The translations under genes were made by a program, and so were the position numbers. The notes under the pieces were generated by a model, which saw nothing but the letters and a program-made list of their open reading frames with translations, was not told where the DNA came from and did no database searches. A stretch of DNA of 64,000 bases, taken from Candidatus Omnitrophota bacterium. Lineage in GTDB: Bacteria > Omnitrophota > Gorgyraeia > Zapsychrales > Fredricksoniimonadaceae. The stretch is taken from the NCBI GenBank assembly GCA_044225175.1, contig JBGAJA010000001.1, positions 329,178 through 393,177 of the forward strand. The letters are read 5' to 3'. This document shows positions 1 through 9,795 of the stretch, piece after piece; position 1 is the first letter of the stretch; each line of letters opens with the position of its first letter.

Positions 1-2
1 CT

Positions 3-980
3 CCTACCGCCACTTTGCAGGGTTATGTCCGTGATCAAAATGAGCAGGCAATCGCGGGGGCAGAGATATATGTCAATTGGCATAATGGAAATGTTTGGCA
101 GAATAAACCCCAGGGAAAGACAGATGGAACTGGTTTTTATTCTGTTGTGGTGCCTGCAGAGCAGTCTTTATTTCAAAATAGCACAGATTTTTATGTTCGT
201 GTTTGGGCACAGGCTAAAGGTTCCTTTATTCAATGTTGTGAAGAAGCAACTACATCAGTACGGAAAAGTGGTACTTTGTCAGTTGGCCCCCTCTATTCGG
301 GAGATATCTCTTCAAAAGACTTTATCATTGATACATCAGCTCAACAGCAAGAGTGTGGAAATGCGCAGGGAAGGGTCATCAATGATCGAGATTCTTCAGC
401 GGGGGTTCCTAATGCTAACATACAGATGTCTTTACAGGCAAACACGACGGATTCTAATGGAAAATATGTTTATTCTTGTGCTTCTAAGGAGGTAGCTTTT
501 CGATTGCCTGTAGGATTGACGAATGTGGTGGTTGAATCAAATAATTTTTATCCATACACCAGTGCTGGAAACAAATACTATAAATCTCAACCTGCCGTTA
601 AGATTGAAAAAGATCAGAATTTAACTGTTCCAGATATTGGTGTTTGGCCAATTGGGAAAGGTAGAATTCACGGGATCGTTCTTAATGCGAAAACTGATAC
701 TCCAATTCCGAATATAGAGATAAAATTGATGCTCTCGGCAGCAACATCTGTTATGACAGTTATAACGGACTCAAAGGGAGAATTTACTCTGGATTCTGTC
801 GAAGAAACTTGGCCTCCTTCTGGCACTGCAAACAAACATTATGTTGAGACGATCAGAAATCATTATTTTACTGCAGCTGAAACAGCGCTTTATGAGGGAT
901 ATCAAGGAGATGAATTTACCTTGAAGGCGGGAGATGACATAAAAGTTGAAATACAATTAGTTCCCCGAGGGGCTGTTTAA
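3..980 (+). CDS. CarboxypepD_reg-like repeat protein, probably secreted; 5' end is likely beyond the window because the frame is open to position 3
   Basis: Repeated 'G.V.D..G.PI.GA.I' carboxypeptidase-regulatory-like motifs (QGYVRDQNEQAIAGAEIYV, GRVINDRDSSAGVPNANIQM, IHGIVLNAKTDTPIPNIEIKL). The stop overlaps the next start as TAATG. Confidence 0.55.
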   Translation, partial: PTATLQGYVRDQNEQAIAGAEIYVNWHNGNVWQNKPQGKTDGTGFYSVVVPAEQSLFQNSTDFYVRVWAQAKGSFIQCCEEATTSVRKSGTLSVGPLYSGDISSKDFIIDTSAQQQECGNAQGRVINDRDSSAGVPNANIQMSLQANTTDSNGKYVYSCASKEVAFRLPVGLTNVVVESNNFYPYTSAGNKYYKSQPAVKIEKDQNLTVPDIGVWPIGKGRIHGIVLNAKTDTPIPNIEIKLMLSAATSVMTVITDSKGEFTLDSVEETWPPSGTANKHYVETIRNHYFTAAETALYEGYQGDEFTLKAGDDIKVEIQLVPRGAV

Positions 981-1450
981 TGAGAAACAAAAAAGGCGTA
1001 ACTCTGGTAGAATTACTAGTAGTTCTTGTGATTATTGGTATCACGATGGGAATTTTATATGCTGTTTTTTTTATGAATTTACAGGCTTTTGATCAAACTA
1101 TTGCTAATGCTGATTTAGGCGGAGAAATGACAGACATCATGGATCGCATGGCTTCGGACGCACGTTTCTCTAAACAAATAGATGTTACTGTCACGGATAA
1201 TGACAAGAAAGTTGTTTTTACAGGATCTGAGGGTGATCTTATTGCCATTTATACAATGCAAAATGATGGACAATTTTTGAGTAAGCATGGCGATGTGCAA
1301 TCTGCACTGACTAATAAACTTGATTTTGCAAACTCAACTTTTTTAAAGAACGGCAGTTCTATTAAAGTGGTATTAACTTTGCAGGATTCGATTTTTGGTC
1401 ATAATGTTACTCTAAGTTCCGGAACACAAATCTATCCACGTAATAATTAA
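980..1450 (+). CDS. Prepilin-type N-terminal cleavage/methylation domain protein (pseudopilin / minor pilin)
   Basis: N-terminus MRNKKG|VTLVELLVVLVIIGI is the class III signal (G-x-T-L-x-E plus hydrophobic helix). Translationally coupled to neighbours. Confidence 0.8.
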   Translation: MRNKKGVTLVELLVVLVIIGITMGILYAVFFMNLQAFDQTIANADLGGEMTDIMDRMASDARFSKQIDVTVTDNDKKVVFTGSEGDLIAIYTMQNDGQFLSKHGDVQSALTNKLDFANSTFLKNGSSIKVVLTLQDSIFGHNVTLSSGTQIYPRNN

Positions 1451-1451
1451 T

Positions 1452-2708
1452 ATGAAAAGACAAAATCGAATAGGGTTTTCCCTTCTTTCCAGCGTTGTTC
1501 TGGTATTATTTTTAAGCATTGTTGCGTCTGCTGCTTTTATGAGAACGCAAATTCAATTAGGCTATAATAATCAACGCCTTTTGTCCCAACAGGCTTTTAA
1601 CGCCGCAGAGGCAGGTGTTCAAAGGGCTATTTATGAGTTGAGGCGTAATTCAAAGTGGCGTTCGGGAATGGAAGGACAGCCAGATTTTATTGATGTTCCT
1701 TTGAGTTATGGCGATAATCCACCTGTGGTGTTGGGGTATTATACGATTGAAGCAAAGAGTGCCGCCCAAGATTACAATTCTTTTCCATCGGTATGGGTAA
1801 AGGCCACAGGGAAAGATTCCAGTCAAAAGATCGTTCGGTCTATTTTAGCAAGGATCATTGTAGACAGCCCCACTAAGTTTTTTCTTTCAAGTTCAGGAGA
1901 TATAAGAATTGGCAGCGGTTCTACATTTGACAGCGATCTTCTAGGAAAAGATATTTATTTTGATGTTAATGACTCTTTAACAGGTGACCAAAAGAATATA
2001 AATATCAATGGAAAGATATTTTATTTGAGTAAGATCTATGGGGATGATAATCCTGCAGTTAAAATGGGGTCCAAAAGTGGAAAAATTCATTTCCCATCAA
2101 TAACTTTTACTGGAATTGATTTAGACCGTTATAGAACCATTGCTAAACAGTCGGATGGTCGATATATCAATGGGAATTTTACCTATAATGACAACATAGG
2201 TTTGGAGGAGTTAAGCGCCCTTAATGGAGTGGTTTTTGTTGAGGGTGATCTAACTATAGCGGGGAACATTAAAGATTCTATGCTTTTTGTAGCTTCAGGT
2301 AATATTTATATAAATAAAAGCATACTTTCTTCAGACAGTACCAACTCATCACAATTAGGCTTGTTGGCTAAGAAAAATGTTTTTATTACTGAAAATGCTC
2401 CATCAGACATTGAAATCAATGCTTTTATCATGGCTGATGGGGGAGAAGTCCCAAGTGATGAAGAGTATCATGGAGGAATTTTTCAAGCTTTGGGAGATAA
2501 GTTCTCGAAAGGTAAATTGACTTTTAATGGAGCGATGGCCTTGCGTGCTTCATATGAGCGCACAGCTGCAGATTTAAATGTGTATCAAACACGAGATTAT
2601 AAATATAATACCCAATTACGAGATAATCCTCAAATTCCTTTATTGCCTTCTTTCGCAAATATTGTCCATTGGCAGGAAATCAATCCTTCGGAACCAATCC
2701 CAGAATAG
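1452..2708 (+). CDS. PilX-like type IV pilus minor pilin / assembly protein
   Basis: N-terminal hydrophobic segment then 'QQAFNAAEAGVQRAIYEL', typical of the PilX N-terminal domain. Lies directly downstream of the pseudopilin. Confidence 0.55.
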   Translation: MKRQNRIGFSLLSSVVLVLFLSIVASAAFMRTQIQLGYNNQRLLSQQAFNAAEAGVQRAIYELRRNSKWRSGMEGQPDFIDVPLSYGDNPPVVLGYYTIEAKSAAQDYNSFPSVWVKATGKDSSQKIVRSILARIIVDSPTKFFLSSSGDIRIGSGSTFDSDLLGKDIYFDVNDSLTGDQKNININGKIFYLSKIYGDDNPAVKMGSKSGKIHFPSITFTGIDLDRYRTIAKQSDGRYINGNFTYNDNIGLEELSALNGVVFVEGDLTIAGNIKDSMLFVASGNIYINKSILSSDSTNSSQLGLLAKKNVFITENAPSDIEINAFIMADGGEVPSDEEYHGGIFQALGDKFSKGKLTFNGAMALRASYERTAADLNVYQTRDYKYNTQLRDNPQIPLLPSFANIVHWQEINPSEPIPE

Positions 2709-2820
2709 TCCACAGCCTTGAATTGAGAATCCTATGACTCCTCTTTACATGGAGGCATAAGTTTGCTATATTATCATTTCATTTTTACGCACTTAAGAAC
2801 CATTTAATAAGGAGTTAGAA

Positions 2821-4143
2821 ATGCCAGTCAATACCGCATTCGATGTAGATGCAGCAGTCCAAAAGTTAGTCTTAACTGATAATATCAAAGAAAAAGAAGT
2901 ATTAGCGCAAGAAATCCAAGCCCAGGCCAAAGCGAAGGGTGCCTTTGTTGCGTCTATTCATGATGTTTATATGGCTCGTGGCAAAGGACAGGGAAAGAAT
3001 TTCACCGTTCCTGCCATGAACTTAAGATCTCTCACCTATTACTTAGCTCGTGCTATCTTCCGTACAGCTAAGAAATTAAATGCAGGTGCTTTTATTTTCG
3101 AAATTGCCAAATCCGAAATGGGTTATACAGGTCAACCTCCAATTGAGTACGTTGGAGTTATTTTAGGGGCAGCTTTGAAAGAAGGATACAGTGGTCCAGT
3201 GTTCATCCAAGGTGACCATTGTCAAATCAAAGCAACCGAGTATTTTAAAGATAAAAAGAAGGAAGTTTCCGCATTAAAAGACATGGTTGCAGATTGTGTT
3301 GCAGCTGGTTTCTATAATATTGACGTTGATTCTTCTACAACCGTCAAATTAGATCGTCCCACCTTAACGGAACAACAAAGAGATAATTTTGAAGTTTGTG
3401 CTGATATGTCAGCATTCATTCGTAAGATCCAGCCAAAGGGTATTGAGGTTTCAATCGGTGGTGAAATTGGTGAAGTAGGCCATAAGAATTCTACCGTCGA
3501 AGAATTAGTTGCTTTTACAGATGGATATAATCAGGCTTTGCCTAAAGGCTTGCAAGGTTTAAGTAAGATCTCTGTTCAAACAGGAACTTCCCATGGTGGA
3601 GTTGTTCTTCCTGATGGAACAATGGCAAATGTTACGGTTGATTTTGATACATTGAAAGCCTTGTCTAATGCAGCTGCAAAGAAATATGGAATGGGTGGAG
3701 CTGTTCAGCATGGTGCTTCAACATTGCCTGATAATGCTTTCAACAAATTTCCAGAAGTGGACACGATTGAAATTCATTTAGCAACTAACTTCCAAAACAA
3801 GACTTTGGACAGCAAGTTATTTCCAAAAGATCTTTATGCAAAAATGGTTGAATGGACCAAGGCTAATTGCTTAAGTGAACGTAAAGCTACAGATACTGAT
3901 GAGCAATATGTGTATAAAGCTCGTAAGCGTGCCCTAGGTCAATTTAAAAAAGATATTATGAATCTGCCTTTGAACGTTAAAGAAGGCATTGCTGCTGAAA
4001 TTGAGAAGAATTTCGAATTTCTTTTCACACAACTTAACGTTAATGATACTAAAGATTTCGTTGTAGGAATTGTCAAACCTGTAGATGTTAAGATTGGTCT
4101 ACGTGAAACACAGGCTCATTTAGACGGTGAAGGCGACGATTAG
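2821..4143 (+). CDS. Class II (metal-dependent) fructose/ketose-bisphosphate aldolase family protein, long form
   Basis: 'SIGGEIGEVGHKN', 'QTGTSHGGVV' and 'VQHGAST' resemble class II FBA catalytic segments. AAGGAG RBS lies upstream. Confidence 0.5.
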   Translation: MPVNTAFDVDAAVQKLVLTDNIKEKEVLAQEIQAQAKAKGAFVASIHDVYMARGKGQGKNFTVPAMNLRSLTYYLARAIFRTAKKLNAGAFIFEIAKSEMGYTGQPPIEYVGVILGAALKEGYSGPVFIQGDHCQIKATEYFKDKKKEVSALKDMVADCVAAGFYNIDVDSSTTVKLDRPTLTEQQRDNFEVCADMSAFIRKIQPKGIEVSIGGEIGEVGHKNSTVEELVAFTDGYNQALPKGLQGLSKISVQTGTSHGGVVLPDGTMANVTVDFDTLKALSNAAAKKYGMGGAVQHGASTLPDNAFNKFPEVDTIEIHLATNFQNKTLDSKLFPKDLYAKMVEWTKANCLSERKATDTDEQYVYKARKRALGQFKKDIMNLPLNVKEGIAAEIEKNFEFLFTQLNVNDTKDFVVGIVKPVDVKIGLRETQAHLDGEGDD

Positions 4144-4178
4144 TTAAAAATAATTTCTAAAATCTAAGGATAAATAAA

Positions 4179-5171
4179 ATGGCTAAAATTTTTTATGATA
4201 AAGATTGTAATATCAATGATATCAAATCTAAGACAATTGCAGTTGTGGGTTACGGAATTCAAGGTCGCGGGCAGGCTTTGAATTTACGTGATAGCGGTTT
4301 GAAGGTCATTATTGCTCAGCGTCCAGGCGGGCCTAATTATGATAAGGCGATCAAAGATGGATTCAAACCAATGTCTGTTGCTGAGGCCACTCAACAAGCA
4401 GATGTAATAATCATTTTGACTCAAGATCATTTACAGGCTCAAATTTATAATGAATCGATAGCTCCTCATTTAAAGAAGGGTCAAGCGATTGCCTTTTCTC
4501 ATGGTTTTAATATTCATTTCAAATTTATTGTTCCACCCAAAGATGTGGACGTTTTCATGATCGCTCCTAAAGGACCAGGTGCATTGGTCCGTCGTCAATA
4601 TGAAGAGGGTAAAGGTGTTCCTTGCTTGGTCGCAATCCATCAAAATGCCACAGGTAAGGCTTTGAAGTTGGCTTTGGCTTATGCTAAGGGTATTGGCGGG
4701 TCAAGGGCAGGGATCATTCAAACAACTTTTAAAGAAGAAACTGAAACCGATTTATTTGGTGAACAATCCGTGTTATGTGGGGGAGCCAGTGAGTTAGTTA
4801 AAGCTGGGTTTGAAACCTTGGTTAAAGCAGGCTACCAACCAGAAATTGCCTATTTTGAATGCTTGCATGAATTAAAGTTAATTGTAGACATTATGTATGA
4901 AGAAGGTATTCAAGGTATGCGTAAAAAGGTTTCTGACACCGCTGAATACGGTGACATGACACGTGGACCACGCATTGTCAATGCTCGTACCCGTGCTGAA
5001 ATGCAAAAGATCTTAAAAGAAATCCAAACTGGCAAATTTGCTAAGGAATGGATGGCTGAGAATAAGAATGGTCGTAAGAATTTTCTAAAAATGCGCAAAG
5101 CTGGCGATTCTCACCTAGTTGAAAAAGTGGGTACCCGACTACGTGGTATGATGAGCTGGATGAAAAAATAA
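4179..5171 (+). CDS. ilvC: Ketol-acid reductoisomerase
   Basis: '[26 protein letters not shown]' NADPH-binding N-terminus and the conserved C-terminal KARI domain. Confidence 0.95.
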   Translation: MAKIFYDKDCNINDIKSKTIAVVGYGIQGRGQALNLRDSGLKVIIAQRPGGPNYDKAIKDGFKPMSVAEATQQADVIIILTQDHLQAQIYNESIAPHLKKGQAIAFSHGFNIHFKFIVPPKDVDVFMIAPKGPGALVRRQYEEGKGVPCLVAIHQNATGKALKLALAYAKGIGGSRAGIIQTTFKEETETDLFGEQSVLCGGASELVKAGFETLVKAGYQPEIAYFECLHELKLIVDIMYEEGIQGMRKKVSDTAEYGDMTRGPRIVNARTRAEMQKILKEIQTGKFAKEWMAENKNGRKNFLKMRKAGDSHLVEKVGTRLRGMMSWMKK

Positions 5172-5233
5172 TGTGAAGTTCAGATAAATTCTTAAAAAAC
5201 CCTGCCTGCCGGCGGGCATGCATGTTAATATTT

Positions 5234-5264
5234 AAGGGCGAGTTTATCTCGCCCTTTTCTTTTA
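5234..5264 (+). terminator. Rho-independent terminator-like hairpin between ilvC and leuA
   Basis: Perfect 9-bp stem AAGGGCGAG/CTCGCCCTT with a 5-nt loop, followed by TTCTTTTA. The leuA RBS lies inside the U-tract. Confidence 0.6.
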
Positions 5265-5276
5265 TAAGGACAAAAT

Positions 5277-6806
5277 ATGAAAAAAGATAATAAAGTACTC
5301 ATTTTTGATACAACGTTGCGAGATGGCGAGCAGGCTCCTGGAGCTAGTATGAATCGTCAGGAGAAGTTAGAAATTGCTTATGCATTGGAACGTTTAGGAG
5401 TAGATATTATAGAGGCAGGGTTTCCCATTGCATCTAAGGGCGACTTTGAATCAGTTAAGGAGGTAGCTAAGCATATTAAGAATTCCACCATTTGTGGTTT
5501 AGCCCGAAGCTTAACTAAGGATATTGATGCAGCTGCAGAAGCTGTTAAAGGTGCTAAACATCCCCGTATCCATGTATTTTTAGCAACCTCGAAGATTCAC
5601 TTGGAACATAAGTTTAAGAAAAGTCAGGATGAAATATTGGAAATGGCTGTTAAAGCGGTCAAATATGCCAGAAACAAGATTGGTGACATTGAATTTTCGC
5701 CAGAAGATGCTTCTCGTACAGACAAAGAATTTTTGTATCGTGTTTTAGAGGCTGTCATTAAAGCAGGAGCTAAGACTGTTAATATTCCTGACACCGTAGG
5801 CTATTCAACTCCACATGAGTATGGTGCAGTTATAGCTGGTATCTGCAAGAATGTCCCTAATATTAATAAAGCCATTGTTTCAACTCATTGCCATGACGAT
5901 TTAGGTTTAGGTGTAGCAAACTCTTTGGCTGGTATTATCAATGGGGCTAGACAAGTCGAGTGTACCATTAATGGGATAGGTGAAAGGGCTGGTAATGCGT
6001 CGATGGAAGAGATTGTCATGGCCATTAGAACTCGTTCTGATTTTTATAATTTAACGACTAATATTAAGACAAAAGAATTATATCGAACCTCTAGAATGGT
6101 CTCAAAAGCCACTGGATTTATTGTTCCTCCAAATAAAGCAATTGTTGGGGCAAACGCCTTTCGTCATGAATCAGGAATTCATCAAGATGGGGTTTTAAAG
6201 GAAAAGAAGACATATGAAATTATGAATCCGGAAGATGTGGGCGTTCCTGCTAATGAAGGACTGGTTTTAGGTAAACACTCTGGACGCCATGCATTCAAAG
6301 ATCGTTTAAAAGCCTTAGGTATTGAATTAACTGAATCCCAGATTGATGAAGCTTTTGATCAGTTCAAAGATTTGGCCGATAAAAAGAAAGAAATTTATGA
6401 TGAAGATTTAATTACCTTAGTGGGTGAGGCTCATCATACATTCAAGGATTTTTATGTATTGGAGGATTTGGTTTATACAAGCGGTTCTCATGTGAAACCA
6501 AAGGTTAAGATGGCTTTAAAGTTTAAAGGTAAGATCTTAAAGCAAGAATCAACCGGAGATGGCCCAGTAGATGCCAGTTATAAGGCCGTAGATGCCATTA
6601 CAAAGATGAAAATCCAATTATTGGACTACAGCATCCAATCAGTGACAAGCGGTAAAGATGCCTTGGGACAGGTTACTGTTAAAATTGTTGCTAATACCCA
6701 CAGTGTCATTGGTCATGGAGCTAGCACAGATGTAATTGAAGCCTCTGTCAAAGCCTATATTAATGCCATTAATAAAGCCTTAACTTTAGAAAAATTGAAA
6801 GTTTAA
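5277..6806 (+). CDS. leuA: 2-isopropylmalate synthase
   Basis: 'IFDTTLRDGEQAPGASM' and 'HCHDDLGLGVANSLAGI' HMGL-like motifs, plus the LeuA dimerisation C-terminus. Confidence 0.95.
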   Translation: MKKDNKVLIFDTTLRDGEQAPGASMNRQEKLEIAYALERLGVDIIEAGFPIASKGDFESVKEVAKHIKNSTICGLARSLTKDIDAAAEAVKGAKHPRIHVFLATSKIHLEHKFKKSQDEILEMAVKAVKYARNKIGDIEFSPEDASRTDKEFLYRVLEAVIKAGAKTVNIPDTVGYSTPHEYGAVIAGICKNVPNINKAIVSTHCHDDLGLGVANSLAGIINGARQVECTINGIGERAGNASMEEIVMAIRTRSDFYNLTTNIKTKELYRTSRMVSKATGFIVPPNKAIVGANAFRHESGIHQDGVLKEKKTYEIMNPEDVGVPANEGLVLGKHSGRHAFKDRLKALGIELTESQIDEAFDQFKDLADKKKEIYDEDLITLVGEAHHTFKDFYVLEDLVYTSGSHVKPKVKMALKFKGKILKQESTGDGPVDASYKAVDAITKMKIQLLDYSIQSVTSGKDALGQVTVKIVANTHSVIGHGASTDVIEASVKAYINAINKALTLEKLKV

Positions 6807-6807
6807 T

Positions 6808-7695
6808 ATGATTCAAGAGCCGCCAGCAATTTATGGGATTATTGGTTTTCCACTGAAACATAGTTTGTCTCCTACTATGCATAATTCCGCCTTTAAAGCT
6901 TTAAAGGTCAATGCGGAATATAGGACTTTTGAACTTCAAGATGATGAAGAATTAAAGCTATTCTTTGAAGATTTAAAAGAAGCTAATAACCCCATTTTTG
7001 GACTTAATATCACTGTTCCTTATAAAGAAAAAGCAATGCAATACATTGATAGCTTAGATCCTTTTGCTATTAAAGTTGGTGCCGTTAATACTCTTTTAAT
7101 TACCCATCAGCGTAAGATTTTTGGGTTTAATACAGATGGTCCAGGGTTTTTAAGTCATCTTAATGAACTTAATTTTGATCTTAAAGATAAACGCATTGCT
7201 ATTTTAGGAGCTGGAGGAACAACTCGCTCGCTGTTGAGTGTCTTAAGCATGGTGAATCCAAGGGCAGCTAGTATTAAGCTTTATAACCGAACAACCCAAA
7301 AAGCACATGACCTAATTAAAGATCTTGCTCAAAGAATGGACACTAGTCTTATTGAGGTTGTTGATAACACGGATGATCTGAATTTAGAGTTAGCAGATTG
7401 TTTAATTAATACAACTTCAGTAGGATTGAAGCCCCAAGATGGGCTAATAGTAGATCCTGAAGCTTTGCATAAAGATATGTTGGTTTATGATGTTATTTAC
7501 AATCCTGCAGAAACTCCTCTTTTGAAAGCAGCCAAGAAAAAAGGTTCTCAAACTGCCAATGGTCTTGGAATGTTGTATTATCAAGGAGTCCTGGCGTTTA
7601 ATCATTGGGCGGGAGTTGATATTGAAGAAAAATACAAGAAAATTATGCGTAAGGCTTTGGAAGATGCAATCAAAGGGCAAAAAGAAACTATATGA
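6808..7695 (+). CDS. aroE: Shikimate dehydrogenase
   Basis: 'GIIGFPLKHSLSPTMHNSAF', 'ILGAGGTTRS' and 'NTTSVGL' motifs. Confidence 0.9.
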   Translation: MIQEPPAIYGIIGFPLKHSLSPTMHNSAFKALKVNAEYRTFELQDDEELKLFFEDLKEANNPIFGLNITVPYKEKAMQYIDSLDPFAIKVGAVNTLLITHQRKIFGFNTDGPGFLSHLNELNFDLKDKRIAILGAGGTTRSLLSVLSMVNPRAASIKLYNRTTQKAHDLIKDLAQRMDTSLIEVVDNTDDLNLELADCLINTTSVGLKPQDGLIVDPEALHKDMLVYDVIYNPAETPLLKAAKKKGSQTANGLGMLYYQGVLAFNHWAGVDIEEKYKKIMRKALEDAIKGQKETI

Positions 7696-7725
7696 ACTAT
7701 TTAATAACATTCATGAAAGAGAACA

Positions 7726-8718
7726 ATGGATAAATTTATTATTTTTGCATTAGGTTCAATGGTGGGAAGTTTCTTAAATGTTTGTATAGTCAGAATGCCT
7801 AAGGAAAAATCTATTGTTTTTCCTTCATCTCATTGTCCCAATTGTCAAAAACCAATTGAATGGTATGACAATATTCCTCTTATTAGTTGGATTTTTCTTT
7901 TAGGAAGATGTCGCTATTGTAAACAAAAAATAGCCTTTAGATATTGGTCGGTCGAATTTCTCACTGGTGTTGTCTTTTTGAGTTTTTATATGTATTTTGG
8001 TCCAAGTCCAGTTTTACCAGCTTATTTAGTTATGATGAGTTGTTTTATAGTGGCAACCTTTGTGGATATTGAGCATAGAATTATTCCAGATGAGATTTCT
8101 ATTGGAGGAATGTGGTTAGGACTTATTTTGAGTGCTTTTATACCACAGCTTCATACAAATACAGAGAATTTGCAATTAGGTGGTTTTTTTGCGGGTTTTA
8201 TAGTTCTTCTATGTTTATTTCTTGAAGGGATTTATCCTATATTTTGTAAACATTTAATGACAGAAGAAGAAAAGTATGATGATAAGCCGCTTAAACTACT
8301 TGTTTTGATTTCACTGATTATTGTTAATCTTGTTAATTATCATTTGATTCACGTTCCAGTATTCTTAGAAGGTCACTTGTACAGTTTAGCTTGCGGCCTG
8401 GTTGGATTTATTATTGGCGGTGGTTCTATTTATGCCATGGGACTCTTGGGGGATGTCATTTTTAAGAAAGAAAGTATGGGTGGGGGAGATGTCAAGCTAA
8501 TGGCTATGATTGGCGCATTTCTTGGGTGGAAATTAGCTATATTGGCTTTTTTCATCGCTCCATTTTTTGGAGGAGTTGTTGGAATCATTGAGAAAATTCG
8601 TACCAAAGACAGTACTATTGCCTATGGACCTTTTTTAGTGTTAGGATCATTAGTAAGTTTGTTTTGGGGAGAATGGATTATTCAATGGATCATAGCTGGA
8701 GGGTTCTATCGCCTATGA
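7726..8718 (+). CDS. pilD: Prepilin peptidase (A24 family)
   Basis: N-terminal 'CPNCQKPIEWYDNIPLISW...GRCRYCKQKI' zinc motif and multi-TM A24 peptidase body. Confidence 0.85.
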   Translation: MDKFIIFALGSMVGSFLNVCIVRMPKEKSIVFPSSHCPNCQKPIEWYDNIPLISWIFLLGRCRYCKQKIAFRYWSVEFLTGVVFLSFYMYFGPSPVLPAYLVMMSCFIVATFVDIEHRIIPDEISIGGMWLGLILSAFIPQLHTNTENLQLGGFFAGFIVLLCLFLEGIYPIFCKHLMTEEEKYDDKPLKLLVLISLIIVNLVNYHLIHVPVFLEGHLYSLACGLVGFIIGGGSIYAMGLLGDVIFKKESMGGGDVKLMAMIGAFLGWKLAILAFFIAPFFGGVVGIIEKIRTKDSTIAYGPFLVLGSLVSLFWGEWIIQWIIAGGFYRL

Positions 8719-9080
8719 GAAGTTTCAGAAGTCTATGCCTAGGGATTCTTTTAATTCTCTGGATTACTTCAGCTGGGGCCACTGCAGCTACCAATATTGA
8801 ATTAAAATATTCTTTGGATACTAAAACCCTCCATGTAGAGGCAGACCATCAAACAGATCGTGTGAATCGTAAATTTATTCGTAAAGTTTCAATTTTTTTA
8901 AACGGATCTACGGAAAGCAGCGATTTTTATTTTACTCGTCAAAAACTTCCAGTACGATTTGAAGAAGATTTCGCTGTTGCAGCTAAGCCTGGAGATCGAA
9001 TGGAAGTTCAACTGTATTCAAGCGAAGGTGGTCTTGCAACGGAGACTTTAACTGTCGCTCAACCTACTGAAAAGAAATAA
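8715..9080 (+). CDS. Hypothetical secreted protein
   Basis: ATG overlaps the pilD stop (ATGA). Signal peptide MRSFRSLCLGILLILWITSAGATAA. Confidence 0.5.
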   Translation: MRSFRSLCLGILLILWITSAGATAATNIELKYSLDTKTLHVEADHQTDRVNRKFIRKVSIFLNGSTESSDFYFTRQKLPVRFEEDFAVAAKPGDRMEVQLYSSEGGLATETLTVAQPTEKK

Positions 9081-9082
9081 CT

Positions 9083-9277
9083 ATGAGAAAAAGACTATAT
9101 AGAACTGAAAATGATCGAAAGATAGCAGGAGTTTGTGGCGGGATTGCTGAGTATTTTGATTTAGATCCTTCTTTGGTTAGGGTTGCTTTTGCTTTATTTT
9201 GTTTGCTAGGAGGATTTGGCATTTTGTTATATATCCTGTTATGGATCATTGTTCCTGTTAAATCTAAAGTACTATGA
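9083..9277 (+). CDS. PspC-domain membrane protein
   Basis: 'LYRTENDRKIAGVCGGIAEYFDLDPSLVRVAF' PspC signature plus a C-terminal TM helix. Confidence 0.8.
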   Translation: MRKRLYRTENDRKIAGVCGGIAEYFDLDPSLVRVAFALFCLLGGFGILLYILLWIIVPVKSKVL

Positions 9278-9792
9278 AGAAGAAAAAGAAATTAGAGAAG
9301 AATATTGTCTTGATTGGATTTATGGGGTCTGGAAAATCTATGACAGCTTGTGCTCTTGCTGAGATTCTTAAGATTAAACGATTTTCTTCCGATGAGATGA
9401 TCGAGAAAAAAGAAAAATGCACCATTGCTGAACTTATAGCGAAGAAAGATTGGCCATATTTTCGCAAAATTGAGCACTCAATTATTAAGAAACTTTCTTT
9501 AAAAAAAGGTGTGATTATTGATTGTGGTGGGGGTGTAGTTTTAAACCCTAAGAACATTGCCTTTCTTAAGAAGAATGGTTTGATTTTTTATTTGAAAACA
9601 GATCCTAAAATCATTTATAATCGCCTCAAGAATGATTTAACTCGTCCTTTGATTAGTGGACCAAATCCCCTGGCTCGCATCAAAGCTATTTTAAAAGAAC
9701 GACTTCCCCTGTACAACCAAGCTGATTTTACCATTGATTCTTCTTCTCCATCAATTTCAGTGCCGGTTGGACAAATACTAAAGAAAATCTAG
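9274..9792 (+). CDS. aroK: Shikimate kinase
   Basis: 'IVLIGFMGSGKS' P-loop and shikimate-kinase length and organisation. Confidence 0.85.
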   Translation: MKKKKKLEKNIVLIGFMGSGKSMTACALAEILKIKRFSSDEMIEKKEKCTIAELIAKKDWPYFRKIEHSIIKKLSLKKGVIIDCGGGVVLNPKNIAFLKKNGLIFYLKTDPKIIYNRLKNDLTRPLISGPNPLARIKAILKERLPLYNQADFTIDSSSPSISVPVGQILKKI

Positions 9793-9795
9793 AAC

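Noticed and set aside
25-495. Alternate-frame + strand ORF overlapping the CarboxypepD_reg gene
   Set aside because: It lies fully inside a frame with recognisable domain repeats and has no independent support.
4910-5223. Minus-strand ORFs overlapping the ilvC 3' end and the ilvC-leuA spacer
   Set aside because: They are antisense to a highly conserved gene. The spacer is better explained by the hairpins.
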